Both the position numbers and the translations under genes were made by a program. This document shows positions 1 to 13,577 of a stretch of 64,000 nucleotides of DNA, one piece after another. A model generated the notes under the pieces. That model ran no database searches, had not been told where the DNA came from, and worked only from the letters and a program-made list of their open reading frames with translations. Source of the DNA: Octopus vulgaris (lineage: Eukaryota); NCBI GenBank assembly GCA_951406725.2, contig OX597814.1, forward strand, positions 52,700,001 through 52,764,000, given 5' to 3'. Every line of letters begins with the position of its first letter. Position 1 is the stretch's first letter.

Positions 1-21
1 TCATCTAAGAGTCCATCAATG

Positions 22-238
22 AATGTTCCAAGTAGGTCTTTCTCTACTGTATCTCTTGTAAGCTGTTTCCCACAATAATGGCTTGTGTATAACTTACTGC
101 TAACTTCTCTGCAATGTACTGCAAATTGATAAATGTTCAAGCAGGTCTTCCTCTACTGTAACTACCAAAGTTGGTTCCCACAACAGTTGCTTGTATATAT
201 AACTTCCTGCTTACTTCTCCAGCAATATCCTGCAAATC
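22..238. repeat. Diverged tandem duplication of about 110 bp
   Basis: AATGTTC(C)AAG(T/C)AGGTCTT..CTCTACTGTA..CCCACAA..GCTTGT..TATAACTT..CTGCAAAT occurs twice. Confidence 0.75.
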
Positions 239-400
239 ATAACTGCCTTTGAACAACTGTTGTTATCTCGGGCAAGTTTCCATATAAACTTTCATTTGTA
301 ATAGGTTGATGTCAGTTTATGTTTTGTGCAACCCTAAGCATTTTAGTGTATGCACCATCAAGTTTCTTTTCAAGTGCTTGTGTCTAGGTCCATGTACTGA

Positions 401-554
401 TACACACACACATATATATCTATACATTTATATATATATATACACACATATATATACATATATATACACACACACACATTTATACATGTATATATATATA
501 TATACACACACACACACATATATACATATATATACACACATATATATGTATACA

Positions 555-616
<62 letters not shown>
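401..616. repeat. Mixed (AT)n/(AC)n microsatellite
   Basis: Read directly. Other (AT)n tracts at about 20453, 21100, 44488, 44594, 45113, 50782, 58324 and 63553. Confidence 0.97.
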
Positions 617-617
<1 letters not shown>

Positions 618-2104
618 GAAAACTAGACAAGAAGTGGCAATGAACTCATAAAAAGCCCAAAATCCATAAAGTTACAGGTTTTTTAGCTTAATTATTGTTA
701 AATGAATATTCTAAGGAAATTAAAAGAAATTATATATTAGGATTATGTATGAAATATAATACAAATAGTGAAATATATTCAAGATCCATACAGATCAAAG
801 GAAGGAAAACAAATGTACTTGCTTGGGTCAATTCATACATGAATCTATTGGAACTGATACTAACAAAGAAACCAAGAACATTAACACAAACCTCAACTAC
901 TACAGAGGATTGGATTGATCTCTTGGCATAATGCCTGGTTTAAGAATTCATAGGATATGTAATATGTGAACCATTTCCTTCAAACAATGCCTCTGTTTTC
1001 TAATGCACTGCAGCTGTTTCTTTTGTCAAATTGCAGAAAATGTTGAAGTTAATTTATATGTTTTCTTCTGCTGTATCAGTAATATAATGCATTTGAAGAT
1101 ATTGAAAATACACATCCAAATGTTATGTAGGACAGGCTCTTATTTGTCAGCAAGGGGAAGCTGAAGGAGAGCCTAGTATACAGGCAGATAAGCATTATGT
1201 CCTAAGGCCCGTTCATACTAAACCATAACTTCTGTTGATATTTTAAATTGCATTTTTTATAGAAAACAGACTCTATAGAGTTGAAACAGCAGATTAACAC
1301 TGCATTAATATGCACTTCAGTAAAATGAGTGAGACCTGTTTATGCCTATATTTTGTATGATTTTCTTAATGATGAATCAGACAGTTGAATGATGTTCTAC
1401 CTAGTCATAACTTGTTTATGGAACAATGAAATAGTGAATATGAGCACTGATTAAGTGCCAAGTGTTAAGAGTAGAAATTTAACTGGAAAATATATGTTCA
1501 ATTCCTGGGTCAGTCAAATAATTAAAAAAAAACTCTGGTTCAAGCAGAATGAACAAGTGACATTGCATGTAGGAGCATAACTGATAGGTGAATATCTGTG
1601 GTGTAGGCAATAGATTGAGAACACCCTACTCCATGTATTTTATAAAGGGTTTGGTTTAAAATTTTGAGAACATTACTGAATGTGACAGATATTTGATGGA
1701 GACCTAAGACTGAAGCATTGTGGTTAAAACAACCAAAATGGGGACATTAACATAAATATATCATTGTATAATATTGATAATGGCTTGTCTTGGAAGTCCA
1801 GATGAGATTATTACTATGTAATTGACAGACATAAACACTTCATCTCTTTATACCATGTTTCTGCAGACAGATAAAGTGGGATTAGCTAAAATATTTGTTA
1901 GATCTGTTAGGATTTCATCAATGACTGAAGAGTCTCTTGAACTGTTCACAAGGACATTGTTTACACAGCTCACTATTACTAAGAATTTAGCTAAATTAGA
2001 TTGACCAATTTGTATATTATAATGTGTCCTTGGCTACTATATTATGATTAATAAAATACTGGTGCATTAACAGTATTTTGCTATGATATTTTATTGAACT
2101 ACAG

Positions 2105-3105
2105 AGTATACTCAGCTGGCAAAAATGAGTAGTCCCTGTATTTCAAAGGGCCAGCCATGTCACATTCTGTGCCACACTGAATCTCCCTGAGAACTACATT
2201 AAGGGTTTGTGTGTCTGTGAAGCGCTCAGTCATTTGCACATTAATTTCACTTGCAGGCTGTTCCATTGATTGGATCAACTGAAACTCTCATCGTTGTTAG
2301 TAATGGTGTGCCTATTTTAGCTTAGATTCCATTAGAGTTGCAAATCCTCATCACCAGTTTTTGGTTATAATAGTTAGCAATACACAACAGCAAAAAAACA
2401 AATAAATTTGAAACTTCACTCTTCTATAAGTGATTATTGTGGTTCACTAACTTAATCTAAGTAGTAACCTGTAAAATTGTTCACAACATTGAACTGAGTC
2501 ATCAGAAATCTTTCTGACCAGATGCAAAGCACAGCGCTTCAATGATATTACAATAACAATGCTGTCACAGACCAGGTAGATACAGTGTGTAGAAGTTGAC
2601 CGAATATGTTAACGTATTAACAATAAAATACAAAATATGACATTGTTTTAAAGCCTAGTTCTTTAAGAAAGCCAGACAGGATTGATAGGGCACCAAATAG
2701 ATACCAAAGGCTCAATTGTTCATATCTTCATTCTGGCCCACTCCACCAAGGTCTTATGACTAATGAGACTCTAGAAGTGAGCATTTTGTTGACTTAAGGT
2801 ATCTGGCACTCCGTTGATTATGACACTGATGGTTCCAGTTGATCCGATCAATGGAACAACCTACTCATGAAAATAACATGCAAGTGGCTGAGCACTCTAC
2901 AGACATGTGTACTCTTAACGTAGTTCTCAAGATTCAGTGTGACACAGAATGTGACAAGGCTGGCCCTTTGAAATATAAGCACTACTCATTTTTGCCAGCC
3001 GATTGGACTGGAGCAACGTGAAATAAAGTGTTTTGATCAAGGACAACAAACCACTAGGACTTGAACTCACAACCTTACAATCATGATCCGAATACACTAA
3101 CTACT
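2105..3105. mobile_element. Two convergent copies of a second CORE-type SINE (2105-2312 +, about 2800-3105 -)
   Basis: About 200-bp inverted homology. The minus copy has a tRNA-like head (GAGTTCAAGTCC B box) and GTCCTTGATCAAAACACTT. Related heads at about 42060-42198 (-) and 60650-60785 (-). Confidence 0.7.
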
Positions 3106-4299
3106 TAAGGTACTGAGCTAAAATTTCTCCTTGATTCTAAGGTGCTCAAAGAAAGGCTGAGATTGTGTCTTGGGAGCAAGGTGTTTTGGGATAATTATCC
3201 ACCAAAGAATATATTACTATAACATTGCTTGATAGACAATGATTGTTATAATTTTAATTCTTTTATAAATATAAAAGCTGGTAAAGAGATCAGGTAAGTC
3301 TTTTGTTACCTGGACCTTTAACAACTTTCAATTCCCAATTGTGACAATTAGGTCAAATCAACTAAGGAATATTGGATTGTATTACGTTTTGCTATCAGTA
3401 GATCTATCGACCGTGTCAAGCTTTATTGATTTCTAAAGCTATAAACAATTGAAATTTGCGGTTCTCTGCACCAATTATCAATCAATCTACGTTAGTAAGT
3501 TTTCTCTCCTTTAAGTTTAGCAGTCAATGATACTGTAACGGAAAAATTGTTAATGAGAAAGGGAAAGTATGAGGAGAATCAGAGAAAGAGGGAAGATAAA
3601 AGAGAACACTGTTGAAAGGGGAATGGGAAATTAGATAAAGAAAGAGTAAAAGAGAACGCGAAAGAGGCTAAAATCTATATTGATTTTTTACTTCTTTAAA
3701 CGCTGTTCGAAACCGTCGTTTCCGTAAATGCAAAAGCGATCTGAACGGAATTTCTGCAGAATTCCGACTCTGGCTCCTGCTAATCAATACAGAATAGAAA
3801 GACCGAGGTAGAAGAATGCGTTAGTCTGAGTAAAATTACATCTTGTCCAAGTTTGCAACAATTGGTGTCTTAAGTATAAAATGGAGTTTTCTTTTTAATT
3901 TTATTCCATGTAAATACGTATAATCTGAAAACTGAGAAGCCAAACAAGCTGATTTGCGAACGTATTTCGCCGGAAAGTGTGAGGATGGATGCAGAAAGAA
4001 AAGGTTGTTTCAATCAGTTCTTGAGCGAGCGTCGAGAGCTGGGTGTATGAAAACATCAGTTGTGCGAATCATGAAGATCTGGCAAGCTTCCTCTAGTTAG
4101 AACGAAGAATATATTCGAGTTATTATTATTTTTTTTTAATTAATAAATTGTAAATATACAGACGATCATGGGGAAAAAACGTGAATTGAAGAAGAAACAC
4201 TTTCCCACCCTCTTGATATACTGCAATTTGATTGGATACCGCACTCCACTCATCTCTCTGTTCCACCCACCTACTTCTTTTATTCTCTATGCTATATTC

Positions 4300-4813
4300 C
4301 TTCTCCTTTTATACAATCGTATCGCCACTATACATACTTACAGAAGTCGCCTTTTGAGTACCGCTTCTGACCCAACCCCCTCTGCTCTACTTAAACACAA
4401 ACCACCTCCACGACAATCCCACCATCTGATCCACCGTTGCCCGCCCCACCAGCCTCGTCTCCACAGCGTAACGATACATATTACCTCTTCTCCGTCGCCA
4501 CCGCAGTTCCCACTGTTAGCCACGAATGCTTCCCCCACTTTCGCCACAGTCTTTCGACGCCACCACTTTTATGCTTCAAGTCAGAGATGACGTTATAGAG
4601 CGAACGTCACGTAGACACACTCATCTGCTCAGCCTAGGAGGGTGACGGAAAGCAACGCAAACACGGTTCACTAAAAAAAAAAACACAAAAAACTCCTCCT
4701 GTCAGGTGTCACTGAAGGAATTTTGTCATTCTCGGAGGAGATAAAAAAAATCACATTAAAGAGAGAGGGAGAAAAACTTCCGAGGACATAAAACAGACGC
4801 TCTAACTAGCAAA
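4300..4813 (+). promoter_or_regulatory. CpG-rich promoter/5' UTR region of the USP gene
   Basis: Locally GC- and CpG-rich, with CRE-like TGACGT/ACGTCACGT motifs at about 4589-4612, immediately upstream of the ATG. Confidence 0.5.
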
Positions 4814-4877
4814 ATGTCAGAAAGAAAAATCCTGGTCGCTTTAGACGGCAGTGAACATGCCGAGTATTGTTTACAAT
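4814..4877 (+). CDS. Universal stress protein (UspA family), coding exon 1 of 4
   Basis: AAAATG start gives MSERKILVALDGSEHAEYCLQ plus 1 nt (typical USP N-terminal 'kIlVavDgSe' motif). GTAAGT donor at 4878. Phase 1 joins exon 2 to make TGG (W). Confidence 0.93.
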
Positions 4878-5158
4878 GTAAGTTTACAATTAACAACACT
4901 TATAATTAATTTTATTTATTTATCATATTTGCCATCTATATAACCTACGATATTGCTCTGAATTATCAGTTTCAGCGTCTGTGGGTGCGAATCGATGAAA
5001 ATTGTCTTGGGATCGACTTCGCTTTCCTCCTAGGGTTTCGATGAAATGAATATCACAATTATATACTCCTATGCATGTTTGCATGCACACAAGCATACAT
5101 GCATACGTTTGTATGTACGTACATACATACAGTATGTATGTGTAAATCTCTCTCTCTC

Positions 5159-5159
<1 letters not shown>

Positions 5160-5232
<73 letters not shown>

Positions 5233-5240
5233 ATACCTGG

Positions 5241-5319
<79 letters not shown>

Positions 5320-5344
5320 CCTGGCTATCTATCTATATACCTGG

Positions 5345-5407
<63 letters not shown>

Positions 5408-5449
5408 CCTGGCTATCTATCTATCTACCTGGCTATCTATCTATCTATA

Positions 5450-5541
<92 letters not shown>

Positions 5542-5563
5542 AATCTATCTACCTATCTATCTA
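5160..5563. repeat. (CTAT)n/(CTGT)n microsatellite with ACCTGG interruptions
   Basis: Read directly from the sequence. Confidence 0.97.
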
Positions 5564-8221
5564 TGCATACACGCTTATTCCTCTACAAAATTTGTAATTC
5601 TATCTAATCAAAGTAAAACCGTTTTCCTTTCTCATAATATATAGAATATAAAGATGCTTCAGTATCAGAGAGAAGTGTGTTGGGACTTTGGTTTTAATAT
5701 CCCCAGGATCGATAAAATAAATTTCTGTAATAAACATGTAGGTTATATCGATTATACATACAACCTCCTCTTAAAGAAAAAAAAAAAAGGCGTCGTGTAC
5801 TTGTAGAAATCGTTATTATAGCTTCCTATTGTTTAACTCGAAGTTAATCTGATCGAGCGGATATGCCATTGTATGTGATTGAGAGTGATTTGGCTACAAT
5901 TTCTAGCTAGGCCAGCGATAACGTAGTATACACTCCTTCATTGAACTGCCATTATTACTCTTTTATTCCGCCGAGGTCAACTTTGCCTTTCATTCCTTCG
6001 GGGACAATAAATTAGGTACCAGTTGAGTACTAGGGTCGATCTATTCCCCTCCACCAAATTTCAGGCCTTGTGCCTATAATAGAAAGGGTTATTGCTCTTT
6101 TATTACGGTGCATGGTTTTAAATATTTAGCGACGTGCATGTCTAATTGCTATCGTTGTGTAATGGACGAGGTAGACACTTAAGTTGGATGCTTTGCAGTA
6201 ATCTAAGCCGGTGTCTAACCGTTTTCAGCATGGATTAGAAATCAATAACATGAATACCAGTCATACTCTAAGGAAAAATTATCGACTACACCCCTCTCGC
6301 GGGCAGGCGTTGTGGCAAGTCCAATTAAGCTTCGATCGAGAACGCGGACACTCACACACACACGCACGCACATATATACATACATGCATGCATACATATA
6401 CAGACTTACGAACACACACACACACAGAGGCGATCGAAATCGTCTTTTAAAATGTATGGAAAAGATTCTTGTTATATAGCTCCAGCTCAGCACTTAACTC
6501 TCTTTTCATCAAAGCCATTTCAATTATAACTATCCGGTTTTTTTTTTCAAACGATAATGTATTTTTAGATTATATATTATGCAATGTGTTTAAGACAGCA
6601 GAGTGTGGTTTGAGGGGAGGACCATGTGAAAGCTTACCCGTCAGTTTCAAATGACATTCATAAGAAAGTTGACATTGCTTTATTTCAATCAATTCACAAG
6701 TGTTAATTTATTGCCCCACTTACATCGTTGATGTGTTTTGGGAAAGGAATGAACCCCATAACTTTCACTCATAAGATGTATGTCGACGAAAACCATCATG
6801 TGCCATTTATTTCCTTACAAGAACATTTTAATAATTTTCTTTTGATTTTTCTGCAAAATATTTTCAGTATTCCATGACTTCTTTATTGAGATGTAACAAA
6901 TGTCACAATTCGTTATTTCCTTTTTTTTCCTTCTCTCAAAAACAAAGCTTGGGTATCAGGATTACATGTCTGTAATTCGCTTCTATACTTAGTTGCATTG
7001 GTTTGAATTTCTGCTTTATATGTTCAATCTAACTGCATTTGGGCTTGGCCTCAAAATAGTTTGTTACTATATCTAGCGTCCTCTATTTATAAGGTTTGTC
7101 TGCTATTTACATTGCAACGCTAAATGCGTTTCTTCATTTATTTATTTATTCCTGTGCATTGTCAAATCCAAAGATTTTATGACTGTCAAGAAGTCCTAGT
7201 GGTGACATCAAAGGCTTTTTTTTATATACGTAAATGATTTATTTTATATACATACATGCAAACACTCACGCACACACCTATTTATTATTCATGGAATGGA
7301 CATTATCTGATGATATTAAATGTTGCAAAATTGGATTGCTTTACCTCTAAAATAGCTCTGAAGCTTATGGCTTATTTTCTCAAATAAGTATGGTCTGCAC
7401 TGTGTAATTTAAACATTTTGGAAATATTTTCGAATAATAGTTTCCTCTACTTTAATACAGTGGTTATCAAACTGACAAGTCCTAGTTTCTCTCACCACCC
7501 ACCCACACACACAGAAAAAGTGAAAATTTTTGCCCTTCCCATCTGTACTATAATGTATTTATTAATGGGAAGACGAGTTAAAATTGCATTCCATACAATT
7601 CTTTCGCCGTGTTGTTGGACAAGTTTAAAGTTTTAAAGTATTTTGGTGTTTGATAAAATACGGCCATTTGTCTACTTTTCAATCCTCGCAGGTCTCACCC
7701 TATGAAAAACGATGCTTTTATAGACCTTAACTATCATTCAGTTGCTCGCATGAAGCACAATCTTCAACTCTTTCGAACATACCATTATGGCTATTCTTTG
7801 GGTGAAGTTATTTCGTCACGCCGAAATATCAATGAAAATTCCAATAAGTTGCGGAAATCAGCCGTAATAATGCATTTCAGAATGAAATCAAAGTGTTTTA
7901 TACTATAATGTTATTGGTATTGAATGGTTGATATAACTCTATTACTGCAATATAGAAAAGATAGGATACCAAAGATAACAACAATATATTAATTATGATA
8001 GCCCTTTAATTCCCTAACTACCATAAGAAATAAAGACTTCTTTCGGCCTTTTGGTATTAACTTGTAGATAAAGCTCAATATTTCAAAGGTAGGTGAAGTA
8101 CAAGTTTGAATTAGACAGCAAAGTATACTGAGAAATATCACACGTTTCAATTGCAACGTTAATAAAAGAAAGGTTTGTATAAATGCCTTGTAAAAATTCT
8201 TATGCATATTGTAGGAATAAC

Positions 8222-8470
8222 TCCTTTCTACTATAGGCACAAGGCTTGAAATTTTATTGGAAGGGGCAAGTCAATTATATCAACCCCAGTACTCAACTGG
8301 TACTTAATTTATCGACCCCGAAAAGATGAAAGGCAAAGTCCGCCGATGTCGACTTTGCCTTTCATCCTTTCGGGGTCGATAAATTAAGTACCAGTTGCGT
8401 ACTGGTTCGACCTAATCGACTATCCCCCTCTCCCAAAATTTCGGGCCTTGTACCTAGAGTAGAAAAGAAT
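8222..8470. repeat. Head-to-head pair of truncated Meta-type SINEs forming a hairpin
   Basis: 8287-8340 against 8351-8404 are 52/54 complementary with a 10-nt loop. Looser pairing extends to about 120 bp. Confidence 0.9.
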
Positions 8471-9639
8471 ATTGTAAAAATAACGTGCATGAAGTTTCCT
8501 TTTAGTGTCATATGTAGTGAGAGTGCATTATGTTGCTAAGATAAACAGCAAAATAAAAGGCAACAAAACAGCACGTGGTACAGACAGCAGGTAGTAAATT
8601 AGATACAACAAATTGATTTCCCGTTCAGCCTAAATGTGACGTGTTATTTTTAAGTGAAGACTAACTTAAATGAGAATTCTGTACAAAAAAAAAAGTTAGG
8701 TTGATTTGTATGGTACTAAAGCTTTCCAAGGAAAAAGACGATGTAACAACTTAAGTTCTATTTATGCAATCAAAAATAATTGAAAAATACTTGTTCCTTC
8801 TGTGTCCAGAAAAAAAAAAAACATTGACCAAAATTTGACCTTGTTGCACGTGGGTCACTTATATAGGTCTGTAGCAAAACAATTGTGTCACGGCTAATTT
8901 GTTTCGTTTGGCGAGTGGCTGCATGATTGTGATCAATACAACTACATCGTGATTGTCGAGCGATTTGTTTATAGTGAGCAGCGATAGAAATTGAGTTTTA
9001 GGAACTAGGGAATCGCTAGTATTTGAGGTTGAGGTTGGGAAAGAGTGTAAGCTGAAAGGAGGAGAATACCGTTCCTTTATGTACGCCTTCCATTTCCCTG
9101 ATGAATGTTAGATAATAGTGAGGCCATCAATTTTTAAAGGACAGTTTTAGCCGATACCATCGACTTTAGTACTTGACTGATTCTATCGACCCCGGAGGGT
9201 TGAAAGGCAAAGATGACCTCGGTGAGATTTGAACTCAGAACTTAAATAATAATAAAAAAAAAAGTGGAATAAATTTCATGTCACGAGGAAGTAAAAAATT
9301 TAACATTTCCAGAAGAACCCTTCCTCAGAGAAAGATGGAATGTGATAAGAGAAAGAAAGGGTAGAAATAACGATTGATGGTGGAAGGGAAGAAACGTTTA
9401 GAGTGAGAGAAAAAAACCCCAAAAAAACTAAACGATGTAAAGGCGGTAGTGACAGGAATCATTATGCATATTTTCGCTTTATTTACATAGGTGTTGTATA
9501 TGTGCCTGTGTGAGCTCCCTAAGTTACACTTCTCCCTCACAGCATGTTATTGACGGAAGCAAATGTTATCAAAGGTGTGGTTTGCATTTTAGTCTAACTC
9601 ATTTACTTTCATACAGATTACACAAGTATCAATAATCTT

Positions 9640-10060
9640 GGCGATCTTTCGTCTCTAGTAGACCTTTCCGTCGATTTCCGTAAAATTTTTTTTTTTTTTT
9701 TACATATGGGCTTGCAGTAACTTTTGAAGTAATATACATACATATACACATACACCGAGTAAAAAATTTCAGTTATCTCTTTCTTTCACACATTACTCTG
9801 TCTCATCACACACACTAACAGAAGCACTTCACTTACACAACATACTGTCTGTCTCCCACACCCCATCAAACACACACACACACACATGTCCATCAATGCT
9901 CCCATGCACGGTAACTTCAAAAGAACTTCCCTCGTCATACAATCGCTTTCTCTTAGTCTCTTTCGCTCTCATTACTTCAAAAGTTCCCGCAAGCCCATAT
10001 GTAAAAAAAATTTTTTTTACGGAAATCGACGGAAAGGTCTACTAGAGACGAAAGATTGCC
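9640..10060. mobile_element. MITE with about 95-bp TIRs and an 8-bp TSD, Merlin-like
   Basis: TSD ATAATCTT at 9632-9639 and 10061-10068. TIRs GGCGATCTTTCGTCTCTAGTAGACCTTTCCGTCGATTTCCGTAAAA.. are near-perfect. GGNRM ends plus an 8-bp TSD fit Merlin. Confidence 0.85.
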
Positions 10061-10388
10061 ATAATCTTAATTCCAGTCAGTCATCCTAAAACTAGCAATT
10101 TATAAATACGTGACATCTGCACTGCACCACACAACTCCACCAGAAAATTTCACGCGCGCGCGCATTTCTGGAATTTTCAATTATATACCATACATATACT
10201 GCACAAACACACCTATATACAGTGCTAGTTTAATCACATGCTGGTTGTTTCAGTCAGAATTATATCACCTTGACACGTGCAGCTGCAACATATTCCGTTG
10301 AATGTTGTCAGTGTATTGAGAGTGTGGGTCGGCGTAGGAATATTTAGGATATTTTGGTTCGGATGACTCACCTGTAGCCTTTCATTTA

Positions 10389-10927
10389 CTGAAAAATAAG
10401 AACCACTTGGGCTTTTTATTGTTTAGCTGCAACCGTCCGTCACTTTACGAGGAACAATTTACATATCACTGCAGGAAAAGGCAACGTGTTAATATGCACT
10501 TTTAAATACTATTGTTCGCTTCCTTGAAGTCTTGCATTTCGAATCAATAAGAGAGCTTCTACGTTGTCGCGCAACGTGCTAGAAATAACAGCAACCAAAA
10601 CATCTTCAAGTTACACTCTACCGTCTTAAATAGGGAGAGGTTAGTTGGGTATTTATAGCCTTAGATTTCACTAAAAGATGTGATAGTCGTAACTGAAAAG
10701 CCTTTGATTATTAGTTTGCTCGATCAGTTTAGTGCTAAATAACAGCTTCCTGTATCTCAATCATATATGAAACTTTTTTGTAGACGTTGCTAGAAATAGT
10801 AACAAAATTTCCCCCACTATTGTAGAAAAGAAGTCCGTTTGATGTGGTTATGAGTAAACTAGTCATCGTAAAGTGACAGATGATCACAGCTAAACAATAA
10901 AAAGTCTAAGTGGTTCTTATTTTTCAG
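10389..10927. mobile_element. TA-flanked element with about 40-bp TIRs (Tc1/mariner-type MITE), carrying another repeat inside
   Basis: TA|CTGAAAAATAAGAACCACTTGGGCTTTTTATTGTTTAGCTG ... CAGCTAAACAATAAAAAGTCTAAGTGGTTCTTATTTTTCAG|TA (2 mismatches). Confidence 0.65.
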
Positions 10928-11037
10928 TATAGCAAACGAAACAAGTATAATATGTATACCCTGTCCAGAAGTCACAACAACATGGTTGTAGCAAGCTTTG
11001 AATTTGTGAAGTCCTTTTAATGTTACAGTCACTTATA

Positions 11038-11440
11038 GGCGCAGGAGTGGCTGTGTGGTAAGTAGCTTGCTAACCAACCACATGGTTCCGGGTTCAGTCC
11101 CACTGCGTGGCATCTTGGGCAAGTGTCTTCTGCTATAGCCCCGGGCCGACCAAAGCCTTGTGAGTGGATTTGGTAGACGGAAACTGAAAGAAGCTTGTCA
11201 TATATATGTATATAAGTATGTGTGTATATGTTTGTGTGTCTGTGTTTGTCCCCTTAGCATTGCTTGACAACTGATGCTGGTGTGTTTACGTCCCTGTCAC
11301 TTAGCGGTTCTGCAAAAGAGACCGATAGAATAAGTACTGGGCTTACAAAGAATAAGTCCCGGGGTCGATTTGCTCGACTAAAAGGCGGTGCTCCAGCATG
11401 GCCGCAGTCAAATGACTGAAACAAGTAAAAGAGTAAGAGT
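11038..11440 (+). mobile_element. tRNA-derived CORE-type SINE, full length
   Basis: A box TGGCTGTGTGGT, B box GGTTCAGTCCC, CORE-like TTGGGCAAGTGTCTT, (AAGAGT)n tail. Nearly identical copy at 52074. Confidence 0.85.
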
Positions 11441-12249
11441 ATATGGGAAACTCCACGGAAATGGATGCGTGGTTGAGAAGTTCGCTTCGCAATTTCATAG
11501 TTCCTTTGGGCAAATGCCTTCCTCTAAATTTTTGTGCGAAATTTGGTTGACAGAAGCTGAAAAATCCCTTACGTACGTACATACGTACGCACATATATAC
11601 GCGTATATGTGTGTACATGTGTATGTGTCAGCGAGAAAACCAAAACACTCGTTCACTTTGAAGGAAGAGTTCTTGATACATTTGTTCTGTATCTTGTCAT
11701 TTTCGTCGTCAGAAGTATGATGTATCAGTTATGGGTCCATCGGGAACTTGTAATCAGTAATGGCTATTGTTCACTTGTGATATAATATAAAATAAGTAGC
11801 TTGACCTCAATGTAGGTGATATTCATTGAATATAGATGAATGTAGTACATTCTTCACCATTGCTTGTACACAAGAATACACACACGTACAGTTCTTAAGA
11901 GATACTTCATAAGTAATATATGGTCCATAACCTATTTTAAAAATTGAGGTCAGAAATCTAGTTAAGAGATGATATTGTTGGCTAATATTAACTTGTGATC
12001 CGAAGTTTTCAGGTGGTTACCGTCTGAGAAATTTCGTTCACAGGCTGTTGTGAAGCCCGATGTGGCATATAAACTATGTAGTCTTAATGAAGTTATGTTA
12101 AAAATAAAATTGTTCTAGCTGTGCTGTTGTTAATATATTGATAATATTTGCTGCCTAAATTTTCTGTTTCAAATGTTACCACTTAGGTAGTTCAGTGATC
12201 TTTTTCATTATTTTTTCATAAATTTATTACAGAAAACAAAGTACAAATA

Positions 12250-13130
12250 AGTCATTTTTTAACCTTGTTACCCTGCCTTCTAGCACAGGTTTTTTTATGC
12301 ATGTCCTACTAAACAAAACTGTAGTTCAAAACTGAGCGATCACTGCCTTCACATTGTCTATACCAAATTAATGACATCTTCGGATGTCTTTGAGTGAACC
12401 GAAGATGCAAAGTCAGGACTATATGGAAGACGCTCCATTATTTCGTGATTTCATTTTCTAGAGAATTTCAACAGAGTGAGCAGCAATAAATCTGTAGTAA
12501 TAATCTGTGGTGCGTTTCGAATGGCCTGCGGTAGCTTGTCACAGAGGATGTTTATACGGTTTATTATCCAGTTTCGTTTTAGTCTGCCAGCGTCACTTTT
12601 CCTGCTGTTGGTTGAATTATGAACTCTTTTTTTCCCGAGGGGCGATTATAGATGTTTCACCTATTCCATACTCTTATATACTGGTGATTATCAGTGTTTT
12701 CCATTGCCTGTTATGATTTTCCCGCCAGTAAGGTATCGCTTTCGTTACCATAGTAATTTAAATCATTGGTCGATTCCAATATACTTTTACTTGTGCAATC
12801 CTGTGAGTTGTTTTGGGACGCATCTTAAACAAACTTTACTAAAACTAAGTCTATTATCGATGGTTTCATTTCATCAAGTCACCCGTCTGTTAACAAAATC
12901 GCGTCAAGTTCAATGTTGTCTTGACGTGTTTCAAGTTTCTGTAACACTTGTGTGAACATTTTGAATTCTTCAATTTATTCATGGACAATTCTTATCAGCA
13001 GAAGTAGTTTCCTTGCTGAAAGTCTTCAATGAATTTCCTTTCATCTCACAGAAAATAGACCACTGAACACTATTATTTGTTGAAGCAAACAGAAAGCAAG
13101 GCAACCATGGTTAACGTAATAACCTAATTG
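12250..13130 (-). mobile_element. Decayed mariner transposase fossil
   Basis: Minus strand fragments FSKVCLRCVPKQLT (the mariner WVPHEL-type motif), QPTAGKVTL and LPYSPDFAS (YSPDLAP motif), with many disruptions. Confidence 0.75.
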
Positions 13131-13577
13131 ATGTTACAAGTTCAGACTAAACTATAATGTCTCGTCAAACTACATTTATCCATGCGTGCACAACTAATTT
13201 TCTCATTTTCCCACCTGTAGGGGGAAAAAATTAGAAATGCATTACATATGATTAGTGACTTACGCTGTGTGTGTAAAAATATATAATCTATAATCGTTAG
13301 TCCGTCAAAAAACATATTTTGTTTCGCGTATGGCTCATCGGAAACTATTTTCATTCACCCTCAGACTTATTTTTGAGTACTTTTATTCTAAGTGGCCAAG
13401 AATAGCTTCTTTTCAACCTGCCATTTTTGTAGTCGTGTGAGTGTGTCTCTGTGTGTGAGTGTGTTATGTGTGGTGTGTGTGTGTGGTCCGTCCCATGCTA
13501 TACCATACACTTATTAGTCCGTTCTTGCCATGTCTGCCTTGTATTATCCTGATTTAACACTTATATAATAACATTCA

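Noticed and set aside
1-290. Possible Gypsy gag remnant on the minus strand (TVEKDLLGTFIDGL)
   Set aside because: The resemblance is short and cut by the window edge, so it is kept only as a tandem duplication.
306-630. ORFs rich in YI/TH/CV dipeptides (also 5046-5644, 20897-21241, 58247-58609 and others)
   Set aside because: They are translations of (AT)n, (AC)n and (CTAT)n microsatellites.
700-2050. Possible hAT transposase fossil (GA*LIGEY..GVGNRL near 1570-1620)
   Set aside because: There is only one weak motif, no TIR or TSD, and it is too decayed to call without a profile search.
4168-4590. 140-aa Pro/His-rich ORF upstream of the USP gene
   Set aside because: It has no recognisable domain and reflects the C-rich promoter composition.
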